Of a stretch of DNA of 64,000 bases, positions 48,453-57,940 are shown piece by piece (positions within the stretch are counted from its first letter, which is position 1; the number at the start of each line of letters is the position of its first letter). The stretch comes from an uncultured Gammaproteobacteria bacterium (GTDB taxonomy: Bacteria; Patescibacteriota; Microgenomatia; UBA10105; UBA927). Made by a program: the position numbers and the translations under genes. The notes below the pieces were generated by a model, which had not been told where the DNA came from, searched no databases, and was given only the letters and a program-made list of their open reading frames with translations. The stretch covers positions 16,288-80,287 of the forward strand of contig CAZSTG010000004.1 of the NCBI GenBank assembly GCA_964609895.1. The letters are read 5' to 3'.

Positions 48453-49805
48453 TTACAACCATGTAGTTATTGCCGCATAAAGAAAATAAACAAAAATAAA
48501 ATTATTTGGAGCGGTATTTTCAAACAGCCCAATAAGATAAAACATGACTAACGAGGTATAAAATGTCAACGAATAAATGATTTGTCGCTCACTCTTTTTT
48601 TTAATAGACTCACATAAAGCCGCCCTGACCCGTTTTAGTACTAAAAAATTAATGGTTATATATATAAAAATACCCAAAACACCGGTTTCAGCAAGCACGG
48701 TTAATAGATCGTTGTGAGATGAAACGGCTTCACGATCTATTTCCCTAACCTCGTTTTCTCCGAATTCGCCCGTCTTATCATAAAAATGAAGTCGAACGGG
48801 TCGCTCTACTTCATATTGATAATTCCCTGCTCCAATCCCGACAAGGGGAGAGGCTAAAAACGCCGATATTGCTTGTCCATATAAAAACGTTCTGCCGAGA
48901 GTATAAGATACATCCCTCTCTTTCTCCTTCAGCAAAAAACGGTCAATGAGGCTATATCGAAATACAAGAGAGGCAAGAATAAGAGCTCCCGCTGCAGCCA
49001 CGCCAATCGGTATTAAAATTTTTCTCAAGGTGTTAACAGAGAGCAGTTTTGTGTGTAGCAAAACGCCTGTGTAGAAAATCGAGCCAAGCAAGAAACATAA
49101 TGTTAACCAACGAAAATTTGAGATAATAAAGGAAAAGGGAATTAAAAATATTCCTGACAGAACATATATAAGATGCAGGAGTTTATGACTTTTTTTTAAA
49201 AACACTGCGGAGCCGATAAAAAATGCGTAGCTGACAACGATATCTCCCCACTGCGGGCCTCTTCCTCTGCTCAAATCCTGAGCAATACTATATGCGGCGT
49301 CCCCAAACAAAAACTTCTTCGCAAAAAGAATGGCTTGGTCTCGAAACGCCACCTGAAACAGACTAATGGCGGAAATTCCAAGAGTTGTTAAACCAATCAC
49401 ATATATGGCTCTTTTCTGTTCCTTGTCAGAAAACCTCATCAGACGGATTATAAAAAAGTGCACCGTCGCAACCAATAATAATCGGAAGCTGGTTAAGTCA
49501 AAAATGTAAGGATTTTTTAGTAAAGAAAGCGCATTGACAATAATATATCCCACCACAAGCCAATCAATTAGGCGTATCTTTTTTTGCATATGAAGCTGTT
49601 TTTTTGCCGCAAGAAAAATAAAAAGTATCAGCTCGCACACCGCGACACCCGTTGAGAGTCCAATGCTGGTTTTTGGACGAAGGGGAAGCGGAGACGAAAA
49701 AACAACAACAATTCCCAAAATGTTTTGCACAGAGATAAAAAAAAGTAAATATTCTCTTTGAATTACTGTGTCCCAAATCCGCTGAATTGTTTTAAATAGC
49801 ACCAT
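48453..49805 (-). CDS. O-antigen ligase/polymerase-family membrane protein
   Basis: Multi-TM; PLVGIGAGNY, SHNDLLTVLAETG. Confidence 0.8.
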   Translation of the reverse strand: MVLFKTIQRIWDTVIQREYLLFFISVQNILGIVVVFSSPLPLRPKTSIGLSTGVAVCELILFIFLAAKKQLHMQKKIRLIDWLVVGYIIVNALSLLKNPYIFDLTSFRLLLVATVHFFIIRLMRFSDKEQKRAIYVIGLTTLGISAISLFQVAFRDQAILFAKKFLFGDAAYSIAQDLSRGRGPQWGDIVVSYAFFIGSAVFLKKSHKLLHLIYVLSGIFLIPFSFIISNFRWLTLCFLLGSIFYTGVLLHTKLLSVNTLRKILIPIGVAAAGALILASLVFRYSLIDRFLLKEKERDVSYTLGRTFLYGQAISAFLASPLVGIGAGNYQYEVERPVRLHFYDKTGEFGENEVREIDREAVSSHNDLLTVLAETGVLGIFIYITINFLVLKRVRAALCESIKKKSERQIIYSLTFYTSLVMFYLIGLFENTAPNNFIFVYFLYAAITTWL

Positions 49806-49887
49806 ATGACACCACCGGCGTCTGTTAGTATACCCGAACACATCCTTTTTCAAAAGCTGTTGGTCTGTGATATAAATAACAGGACAC

Positions 49888-51093
49888 ATGACAACAAAAG
49901 GCAAAACAACAACCGAAAGACTTCTTGTGTTTCACACGGAGTGTGTTTACCTGCGCGGCGGAGAAAAATATATTTATGAACACATAAAATATGCTTCCAA
50001 GCGGCGCCCCGTTATATTGTTTGTAGAAAAAATTTCTCCTTATTGGGAAAAAATTTATTTTGACCTGCGCGTTCCAGTCTTCCTTCTTTGGAAACCAAAA
50101 AAATTCTACTGGGCACTTTTGCCAATAACATTGTTTGTTAATTTTCTTAGGCTCCGGAATACTATACAAAAAGGGGACGTCATTTTTGCGTCAATTTTTC
50201 CTTTGACGTTTTTGTCTGTCTTGCTCTCTAAAAGAACGATCGTATTTTGCTTTGAACCATTAAACATTTTTTATGACAAAGTTTTTATTCGAAATCTACC
50301 GACGCGGTCACAACACATAGTGCGTTTGCTGAAGTTTCTCTACCGTCCTCTGGACTCATATGCCATTTATAACGGGGGCGCGCTAGCCACATTAAACTTG
50401 GATGTTAAAAGGGCGGTAAAAAATCAATATGGAAAATTAGCGCGTTTTTTAATTCCAAACGGAGTTGACACTTCCTTTTTTACTCCAAAAGCGACGCCTC
50501 TCTTTTCTTTTAAACGGCGGGGGAGAACCGTTATTGGACATAGCACAGACTATACGCCTCTTAAGGGAACCGAATATTTACTTCGTGCTCTTCCCAGCGT
50601 GATACGAAATAACAAATCGGTTATTGTTTTAATCTCTGAAACCATTTCCAATCCGCAAAAAAAGAAGGAATATCAACAGTTAATTAAATCACTGCGCATA
50701 CAACAGCATGTGTTCTTTGTCGGGACAATTGAACAGAAGGATCTTCCGGGCTTCTACACCTCTTGCCACATTTTTTGTTTTTGCGGGTCTTCTTTTTGCG
50801 TTGGTGCATTTACCGCAAGTCTGTCTGTTATAGAAGCGCAATCATGTGGTTTGCCTGTGTTACGCACGGCAGGAAACAGGGGAGAAATAAAAATTAACAA
50901 AACTGGTTATTTTATATATCCGGAACAAACTTTTTCCTTCTCAAAAAAAATTCTTTTAGTAACAAGGTTTTCTAAGTCAAAATTGCGGGCGATGCAAAAA
51001 CATTGCCGTCAACATGCCAAAAGCTTCGACTGGGGTCTCTCGGCGGGTGCATTACACAAAGCAATACAGTTTATTTCTCGTCAGAAAAAATAG
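49888..51093 (+). CDS. GT4 glycosyltransferase
   Basis: GGEKY, IPNGVD, KGTEYLL, IEAQSCGLPV. Confidence 0.82.
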   Translation: MTTKGKTTTERLLVFHTECVYLRGGEKYIYEHIKYASKRRPVILFVEKISPYWEKIYFDLRVPVFLLWKPKKFYWALLPITLFVNFLRLRNTIQKGDVIFASIFPLTFLSVLLSKRTIVFCFEPLNIFYDKVFIRNLPTRSQHIVRLLKFLYRPLDSYAIYNGGALATLNLDVKRAVKNQYGKLARFLIPNGVDTSFFTPKATPLFSFKRRGRTVIGHSTDYTPLKGTEYLLRALPSVIRNNKSVIVLISETISNPQKKKEYQQLIKSLRIQQHVFFVGTIEQKDLPGFYTSCHIFCFCGSSFCVGAFTASLSVIEAQSCGLPVLRTAGNRGEIKINKTGYFIYPEQTFSFSKKILLVTRFSKSKLRAMQKHCRQHAKSFDWGLSAGALHKAIQFISRQKK

Positions 51094-51922
51094 AAATAAT
51101 CTGGGGGTTAATATTAATGTTGGAAAGCGATATGTAGAGAGGTTCTCCGATTTTGACTGTCTGAGTATAACCAAAGTACATTTCTTTCCCGACTTTTCTC
51201 GTAAGAATATCCATTATCAAAGTGACGTCTCTTCTTGATGGATCAGCGTTTAATAACACAAGTCTACCCAGATCTTTATATGAACCTCCATAAATAGCCT
51301 GCGGGTTTTCCGTAACCACCGTCTTTTCCGAGATGGATTCCTCCTTCTGTAAAACCCGCGCAACCTCTCGACCGGAATTATCACTCATCGTATCTCCAAC
51401 CAGAATTGCATCTGCCTGCCAAGGGAAAATATTATACCAGCGAACAGTCACTCTTTGAACTTGCGGCTGATCAATTTCCTGCACCCCTTCCAGCCCAATA
51501 ACATTCGCGTACATTTGTACATTTCCGGGGGAAATCTCGATCGTGGCGCCTATTTCAAGAGGGTTTTGACGAAAGCGATATTTTTTGGTTCTCAAATTTT
51601 TTGTTACAAGCAGTCGAGCGTGAAGAATCATTGTCTCTCTGTCTAAATAATCAAACTTCTGAACACCAAGAATCTCAACAATTTTTTTTCCTGTCATGTC
51701 ATATTCAACTGCGCCTCTCTGAACGGGTTCACCAAGCCAATAAGGGGGAGATGCCGTACCCCACCACCACTCTCCTCCTGTAACATACAGGTCGGCCGTA
51801 AGATAAGTTTTTTTTTGAAAAAAGCTCAAGGAAAAAACCACACCACTAAGAATAATTGCCACAAGAATAAGAAGGGCAAATAATGTTCTTTTTTTTGTTC
51901 GTTGGAGATTGCGCTTTTTCAT
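51071..51922 (-). CDS. Hypothetical membrane-anchored protein (DUF4330-like repeated domain)
   Basis: N-terminal TM; two similar halves ending QNPLEIG and QTVKIG. Confidence 0.5.
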   Translation of the reverse strand: MKKRNLQRTKKRTLFALLILVAIILSGVVFSLSFFQKKTYLTADLYVTGGEWWWGTASPPYWLGEPVQRGAVEYDMTGKKIVEILGVQKFDYLDRETMILHARLLVTKNLRTKKYRFRQNPLEIGATIEISPGNVQMYANVIGLEGVQEIDQPQVQRVTVRWYNIFPWQADAILVGDTMSDNSGREVARVLQKEESISEKTVVTENPQAIYGGSYKDLGRLVLLNADPSRRDVTLIMDILTRKVGKEMYFGYTQTVKIGEPLYISLSNININPQIISIFSDEK

Positions 51923-52002
51923 TTTCTAAACACTCATTCTCTTCACGGATACTGTACTACACTTTTAAAAGCAAAACAACCGCCCTTGTTTTTTGTGCAT
52001 TA

Positions 52003-52049
52003 TTGACAAATTGAAATGGCAAGTTTATATTGTGGATAAGTTGTCCACA
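52003..52049 (+). promoter_or_regulatory. dnaA promoter with two DnaA boxes
   Basis: TTGACA(52003)-17-TATATT(52026); TGTGGATAA (52031-52039) and TTGTCCACA (52041-52049). Confidence 0.8.
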
Positions 52050-52068
52050 TCTCTTGCCCTCATATATT

Positions 52069-53442
52069 ATGGAACCTCAACGGCTTTGGAAATCTGTGCT
52101 TACGGAGCTTGAGTTGTCTGTCTCAAAGGCAACGTTTCAAACGCATTTTTCTCAAAGTGACCTTCTTTCTCTCCATGATGGCGTCGCCACCATTGGACTT
52201 GCCAATCCTATGGTAAGAACCATGGTGGAAACTCGATATTATTCGCTTGTAAAAAGCATCATCGACCACAATACAAACGCCAATGTAAGCCTTGTGTTTG
52301 TCGTGGTTCCCAAAAAACAACAGCTTTCGGAAAAAGACGCGGGCCCCTTGTTCTCCCAAACAATTGATGTGCCTCGCGTGGACGCAATAAGTGCCGCCAA
52401 AAGACTGCACATTCAGCCAGAGTACACTTTTGAAACCTTTGCTGTGTCTACGACAAATCAAATCGCATATGCCGCCGCGTCTGCCGTTGCAAAAAGTCCG
52501 GGGTCCGCATACAACCCACTGTTTTTATATGGAGGCGTTGGAGTGGGGAAGACACATCTGATGCATGCGGTTGCAAACAGTATGCTTTCCAAAAAACCAG
52601 CCACGAAGGTGGTATATTGTATGGGAGAAGAGTTTTTGAATGAAATTATCGAATCAATTCAGACCAAATCTGTCAGACAATTCAAACAAAAATACAGGTC
52701 TGCAGAACTATTGTTGGTGGACGACGTACAATTTATTGCGGGAAAACAGACCGCACAGGAGGAATTTTTTCACACATTCAACGCGGTACACAGAGAGGGA
52801 GGACAGATTATTCTGACAAGCGACAGGTCGCCGGGGGAAATTTCCAGACTGGAAGACAGGCTCAGATCTCGGTTTGAAGGAGGACTTTTGGTTGACATCT
52901 CTCCGCCAGACTTTGAGCTCCGTGCGGCCATTGTCAACATCAAGGCTCGGGCGATGGGGTTACAGCTTAATACGGACGGCGCCCGCGTTGTCGCCGCAAA
53001 CTTTACAGACACAAGAGCCATTGAGGGTTTTTTAAAACGGCTCACCACGGAAGTAAGCGCGCACAAAACCGAACTTACTCCCGACTCCATAACGGCGCTT
53101 TTATCTTCGCGAGGCCAGACAAGCGGAGCGGTGCCCGCCACCAAAAGAAGGGTAACGCCGCAGGAGGTTCTAGACGCTGTTGCCAATTATTACAACATCA
53201 AGCCCTCAACCATTAAGGGGCCAAAGAGAGACAGACCCGTAGCAAGACCAAGACAGCTTATTATGTATCTGTGTAAAGTCGAGCTTGGCCTCACTCTCGA
53301 TGACATCGGCGGAATTCTTGGTGGAAGAGATCATACAACAATTATGCACGGAGTGGACCTGATTGCACACGAATTACCCACAAACGAACACTTGCGTGAG
53401 GCGGTGGGGGGGATAAAACAACAATTATGGGCCTCTTCATAA
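52069..53442 (+). CDS. dnaA: Chromosomal replication initiator DnaA
   Basis: YNPLFLYGGVGVGKTHL, LLVDDVQF, RLRSRFEGG, GGRDHTTIMH. Confidence 0.98.
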   Translation: MEPQRLWKSVLTELELSVSKATFQTHFSQSDLLSLHDGVATIGLANPMVRTMVETRYYSLVKSIIDHNTNANVSLVFVVVPKKQQLSEKDAGPLFSQTIDVPRVDAISAAKRLHIQPEYTFETFAVSTTNQIAYAAASAVAKSPGSAYNPLFLYGGVGVGKTHLMHAVANSMLSKKPATKVVYCMGEEFLNEIIESIQTKSVRQFKQKYRSAELLLVDDVQFIAGKQTAQEEFFHTFNAVHREGGQIILTSDRSPGEISRLEDRLRSRFEGGLLVDISPPDFELRAAIVNIKARAMGLQLNTDGARVVAANFTDTRAIEGFLKRLTTEVSAHKTELTPDSITALLSSRGQTSGAVPATKRRVTPQEVLDAVANYYNIKPSTIKGPKRDRPVARPRQLIMYLCKVELGLTLDDIGGILGGRDHTTIMHGVDLIAHELPTNEHLREAVGGIKQQLWASS

Positions 53443-53625
53443 AGAGTTTTCCACTTATCCACAAAACGGATTTTTTTATCAACAGAGTTATCCACACTCT
53501 TTTGTCCGTCTTTTGCTCTCGCGACCTTGCTTGTTTAGAAGATTACCGCCGTTCGTTGACAAGACACCAGAAAAATCATACACTTTTCCACGCGCATTAC
53601 TATTACTACTACTTATAGAAATAAT
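53443..53625. other. oriC: Replication origin oriC (DnaA boxes, DnaA-trios, AT-rich unwinding element)
   Basis: TTATCCACA at 53455 and 53488, TTATCAACA 53476, TTTTCCACG 53584, then GCGC and TACTATTACTACTAC (53598-53612). Confidence 0.88.
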
Positions 53626-54732
53626 ATGAAGTTTACGCTGTTACAAACAAATCTAATGAGCGCTCTTACAAAGACGTCTCGTATTATCTCCTCCAAGGCT
53701 CAGATTCCTGTATTACAAACCGTGCTTTTGGAAACCAAAGAGGAATTTTTATATATTGTGGGAACAAATACGGAAACAACAATAGTGACAAAAATAAACG
53801 CAAAGGTTACCCGTCAAGGAGGACTTTGTGTACCTGCGAAGATATTCCTTGAATTTATATCTACTCTTCCTGATGCACCCGTGGTTTGTGAGGAAAAAGA
53901 AGGGTCGCTTCATGTTGTGTGTGAGGGGTATGAAGCAACAATTCCAGGGGTATCAAAAAAAGAATTTCCTGAGATACCGGACGCACAAAAAGGGAAAGAA
54001 ACGGAGATTAAAAAAGATAAGTTTTTAAGAGCAATGGAGCAAGTCATCTTTTCTGCGGCAACAGATGAAGGGAGACCTATTTTAGCAGGGGTCAAAGTAA
54101 AAAAAACAGACAAAGGGGTGCTTCTGGTTACAACAGACGGATACCGACTGTCTTTAAAAAGGGAAGATGTCTCTTTTGGTGGAGAGACAGATGTTATAAT
54201 ACCTGCCAAAACGCTTACAGAGGTCATACGCATAGGAGCAGAAGAAAAAGAGAGTGAAAAGATTCTATTTAAACAGATAGCAGGGGCGCAACTGGTATTC
54301 TTTGTGGGAAACACAGAAATATACACGAGGGTAATTGACGGAGAATATCCAAACTTTGAAAAAATTCTTCCGAAGAGCCACACAACAAAAGTGGTTTTTG
54401 AAAAAGAGACGTTTTTAAGAGCGGTTAAGTCCTCCGCTTTGTTTGCAAGAGATAATGCAAATATTATAAAAATGCGCATCGAAGAAGAAAAAGTGAGTAT
54501 CTCCGCGAACGCACCGACAATCGGACAAAATAATGTTGAAATTTTTACCAACACAGAAGGGGAGGTTGGAGAAATTGCCTTTAACAGCAGATTTTTGCTG
54601 GAATTTTTAGGGAACTTTGAAGGAGAAAAAATAGCGTTTGAAATGACGGGATCATTGAATCCTGGAGTGTTTACGTCTGCGGACGGCGACGACTACCTTC
54701 ACATCATCATGCCTGTAAGAACCACAGCATAA
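53626..54732 (+). CDS. dnaN: DNA polymerase III beta sliding clamp
   Basis: RPILAGV, TTDGYRLS, IDGEYPNF, IAFNSRFL, HIIMPVR. Confidence 0.97.
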   Translation: MKFTLLQTNLMSALTKTSRIISSKAQIPVLQTVLLETKEEFLYIVGTNTETTIVTKINAKVTRQGGLCVPAKIFLEFISTLPDAPVVCEEKEGSLHVVCEGYEATIPGVSKKEFPEIPDAQKGKETEIKKDKFLRAMEQVIFSAATDEGRPILAGVKVKKTDKGVLLVTTDGYRLSLKREDVSFGGETDVIIPAKTLTEVIRIGAEEKESEKILFKQIAGAQLVFFVGNTEIYTRVIDGEYPNFEKILPKSHTTKVVFEKETFLRAVKSSALFARDNANIIKMRIEEEKVSISANAPTIGQNNVEIFTNTEGEVGEIAFNSRFLLEFLGNFEGEKIAFEMTGSLNPGVFTSADGDDYLHIIMPVRTTA

Positions 54733-54735
54733 AGG

Positions 54736-55737
54736 TTATTTTGTGGCAGAAATAACAGTTGTTGTTGAGAGCGTGTTGCCTGAAGAGTCGCTCCCTCTTC
54801 CTGAAAAAAGAAACACGGGGGCAAGAAAATCCTCTAAAGGGGAAAAAAGGTATCCCAGTTGTATATCATAAATAGTGCTCCTCGCGGGGGGAGAGCTCGG
54901 TTGAAGAATGATGTTTTTTTTTGTTTTTTCACCTGTGTAGGAAAATTCGACAAGCGTGGCCTTACCGGAAAAAAGCGCATTTTTTGCCTCCGCGTAGGAT
55001 AGAATGGGAGATTGCTCCGTGTTCGCCGCAAATGAGGGGAACACATATGTTCGGAAAGACAAAATTTTTTTGTTGGCATCAAGTCCGACGGAAATGCTTT
55101 CCATATTGAAAGATCGGGAAACCAGAGGGCGGTTATTGAGAGAGAGTCGATAATTTGCCAAAAAAACACTCGCCTCAGACGGGTTGTTAACCGGAACGAA
55201 ATCCTTTCCCGACACAGAGAGAAAAGCCGTTGATGTGAGTTCGGGTGATGCTCCGCCAAAAAGAGTTGTGAGGTCGGAGAGAAAAGAAAAAGCGGCAATT
55301 TCATATTGAGAGACGGAAGAAGATAGGATGCCTGTTGAGCTGGCGTCGACAGAATAAGAAATTTCAAGAGGGGAACCGCCGACAATTAAGGTTTTTCCCG
55401 ACTCATTCCAGATGGAATATGTTCCCTTTGACCCCATAATGGTTTTTGGCTCAGAAGAAAAAGAGAAAAAGCGCGTCAGGAAAGAAGAGATTGTCTCCAT
55501 CTGAACAGGCGTAGAAAAGCTGTATGTCGTTATAAAAGAGGGAAAGTCGCGTTGTTGGTCGATGATATAGGTCGGTTGTATGGCAGAAACTCCCGTTATG
55601 GGAATAGACTCTTTTGTTTTTGATGAGGGCGGAGAGATTTTTGATTGTGAAGAAGGCGAAGATTTTTTTTGGGAAAAAAAGAGACCCAGTAGTAACCCGA
55701 GCGTGACAATGGCTGTAAAGATAATAAGCTTTTTCAT
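54736..55737 (-). CDS. Hypothetical N-terminally anchored extracellular protein
   Basis: MKKLIIF-type TM, Ser-rich; starts immediately after the stop of the M23 gene. Confidence 0.6.
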   Translation of the reverse strand: MKKLIIFTAIVTLGLLLGLFFSQKKSSPSSQSKISPPSSKTKESIPITGVSAIQPTYIIDQQRDFPSFITTYSFSTPVQMETISSFLTRFFSFSSEPKTIMGSKGTYSIWNESGKTLIVGGSPLEISYSVDASSTGILSSSVSQYEIAAFSFLSDLTTLFGGASPELTSTAFLSVSGKDFVPVNNPSEASVFLANYRLSLNNRPLVSRSFNMESISVGLDANKKILSFRTYVFPSFAANTEQSPILSYAEAKNALFSGKATLVEFSYTGEKTKKNIILQPSSPPARSTIYDIQLGYLFSPLEDFLAPVFLFSGRGSDSSGNTLSTTTVISATK

Positions 55738-55738
55738 A

Positions 55739-57919
55739 TTATGGACACCCCGACGGTAATGATAGTGTACCAGATCCTTTGTATCCAAAATGCAAATGAG
55801 GACCCTTTCCAAGCCCCCCTGATCCAAATGTATACCCTGTGGTGTCTGAATATCCGATTACTTCTCCTGCATGGATAATTGTTTTGTTTTGGTAGGCACT
55901 GATTATTGCGGGCGTTACATCAAGAAAATGAGCATAAATTGTACAGAATGTCTTGCCGGAAGCATCTGTTCCGACAAGGACGACGTTGTTGCCAAAGCTG
56001 GCATATTTATATTCATTTGGTTGAAACGTAGTCACCAACGAAGTTACATAGCCGTCATGTGATGCGTGTATTGGTGTTCCATTTCCACATCCGAAATCAT
56101 ACGCCTGTGATTGATAGTGAGATGTTCCTTGTGGGGTGTTTGGCCCTTGAGTGATGGGGGCATGGACAGGACAATAAGAAATGGATGTTGATGGTGGCGC
56201 AGGACCAGACCACGCACACGAAAAACCAGCGCCTGTGTTTATACCTGGTTGACCAGTTGGAAACACGCCCCCCACGCCATTGATATATGCATTATCCTGA
56301 CTTGTTTGTTGAAAAAACACATTTCCGACAATGGTGAGTGGGGTAAAAGAAAGAGCAAACAACGCCGCCACCAATCCAACAAGCACGATGCTAATGATAA
56401 ACACAGGATCTTTGTAGAGTGGGGTGCTGTTATAGTTCCCCGAAATAAGCCGACTAAGCCAGTCGAATGTTATAAAACCAAAACCCTTTTTTATTCCCTT
56501 CCATAGACCCCCAATAATTTTATCAAACAAAACAGCCCCAACAAATGATCCAACGGGGCCCCCCTCGCTCCCGAGAACTCCTCCGACTATTTTCCCAATG
56601 GTTGTTCCTGCGGCTTTTTCCGCGACTTTTGTCCCAACAACCCTCGCCCCCTTTTTGGCGGCCACAGATACTCCTTGTTGCGCCAACAACCCCGCATAGT
56701 GTGTGGCAATCGACGGGTTTTGCGGCACATAACCCACTCCTGCCAATTGCAGATATACCTCGGAAACCTGTGGATGAAACACTGTAACAAAAATATCGGA
56801 AAAAAAGGACTGTGTTTTGGTAAAAACAGCGGCTTTTCCTGCTGATTGAAAAAGCGAGTTGCCTTTAGCAATAGCTCGTTGTACAGGTGGAGAATCAAGA
56901 AGTGGGCCAAGTGTTTGCTGCATCCACGTGTTGTTGGACACCTCTTTGTTCCATGATGAGGCCATTACTCTCAAGACTATCGCCTCTTGTGTTTTTTGTG
57001 GAAACAAAGAAAACACAGTGTCTGCAAGGGGAGCAAGCACTTTTTCTACGGCGGATCCGTTTTTGCTGACAAGTGAAAAAAACCCCGCATAATCCAATGG
57101 AGCCTGTATTTCTGCCGTTTGTATTGCCGCGTGTGTTTTTGCGAGTATTTCTGCTTTTTTTGTCAGTTCTGGCATATCTGTCGCGCGAGGACCTGTTTCC
57201 GTTCCATAGGTTTGAATTGCTTCAACCGCGACTGTTGGATTGTCTGACCTCAAAACAGCCTGAATAATTTGTTGTTCGATGACAGACGTGCTATTTGCTT
57301 GGGAAGAACGAATTGCATCTTTCACAGGTTTTTGTTTTTGAAGTTCACGCACCGACTCTTGTGAAGTTTGGTGGACGGTTTTTGCTGCAGTCTGGATGAT
57401 TTCCTGCGAAGATGTTTCCGGATACGATTCCGCCGCGGCAATTACCGCGTTTGAGAAAGCGGCCGCCTCATCAGGAGTAAGTTTTGAATAGTTTTTAACC
57501 AGTCGTTCAATAAATTCCCGATTTTGTTTTCGCTTGGCGTTATACACAACTTCAGCGGTTTTATGTGTTTTTTCAAGAGCCTGTTTTACATTGTTAACGC
57601 GCCGCGACAATTCTTCGTCCGTTGGTTGTGTCGCCTGCATTTTTTGCTTTGTGTTGAGCTGGATCTGATATGGTTGTTCAGACAACCCCTTTAAAAAATC
57701 AGATTGCGCCTTTTGTAGAATACCCGCAAGTGTGTTGATATCCTTGGCTTGAATTGCTCTAGTTATTTCTGTGGCATGAAGCTGAAGAAGCGCTTGGAGC
57801 TCCGGATATGAAGTCATCTGATAATACACCGAGAGCGCCCGATCTTCGGTTGTGCCAACCGTTTGACCTAAAGAAACAACAAAGTCTCGTGTTGTTTCCG
57901 AGCTTTTAACATCTGTCAT
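55739..57919 (-). CDS. Large membrane protein with C-terminal M23 (LytM-like) peptidase domain
   Basis: Helical N-terminus, Gly-rich segment, TM, then SHYQSQAYDF, GTPIHASHDG, FGNNVVL, YAHF, GPHLHF. Confidence 0.78.
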   Translation of the reverse strand: MTDVKSSETTRDFVVSLGQTVGTTEDRALSVYYQMTSYPELQALLQLHATEITRAIQAKDINTLAGILQKAQSDFLKGLSEQPYQIQLNTKQKMQATQPTDEELSRRVNNVKQALEKTHKTAEVVYNAKRKQNREFIERLVKNYSKLTPDEAAAFSNAVIAAAESYPETSSQEIIQTAAKTVHQTSQESVRELQKQKPVKDAIRSSQANSTSVIEQQIIQAVLRSDNPTVAVEAIQTYGTETGPRATDMPELTKKAEILAKTHAAIQTAEIQAPLDYAGFFSLVSKNGSAVEKVLAPLADTVFSLFPQKTQEAIVLRVMASSWNKEVSNNTWMQQTLGPLLDSPPVQRAIAKGNSLFQSAGKAAVFTKTQSFFSDIFVTVFHPQVSEVYLQLAGVGYVPQNPSIATHYAGLLAQQGVSVAAKKGARVVGTKVAEKAAGTTIGKIVGGVLGSEGGPVGSFVGAVLFDKIIGGLWKGIKKGFGFITFDWLSRLISGNYNSTPLYKDPVFIISIVLVGLVAALFALSFTPLTIVGNVFFQQTSQDNAYINGVGGVFPTGQPGINTGAGFSCAWSGPAPPSTSISYCPVHAPITQGPNTPQGTSHYQSQAYDFGCGNGTPIHASHDGYVTSLVTTFQPNEYKYASFGNNVVLVGTDASGKTFCTIYAHFLDVTPAIISAYQNKTIIHAGEVIGYSDTTGYTFGSGGLGKGPHLHFGYKGSGTLSLPSGCP

Positions 57920-57940
57920 AATCCATATTATATCAAGGTG

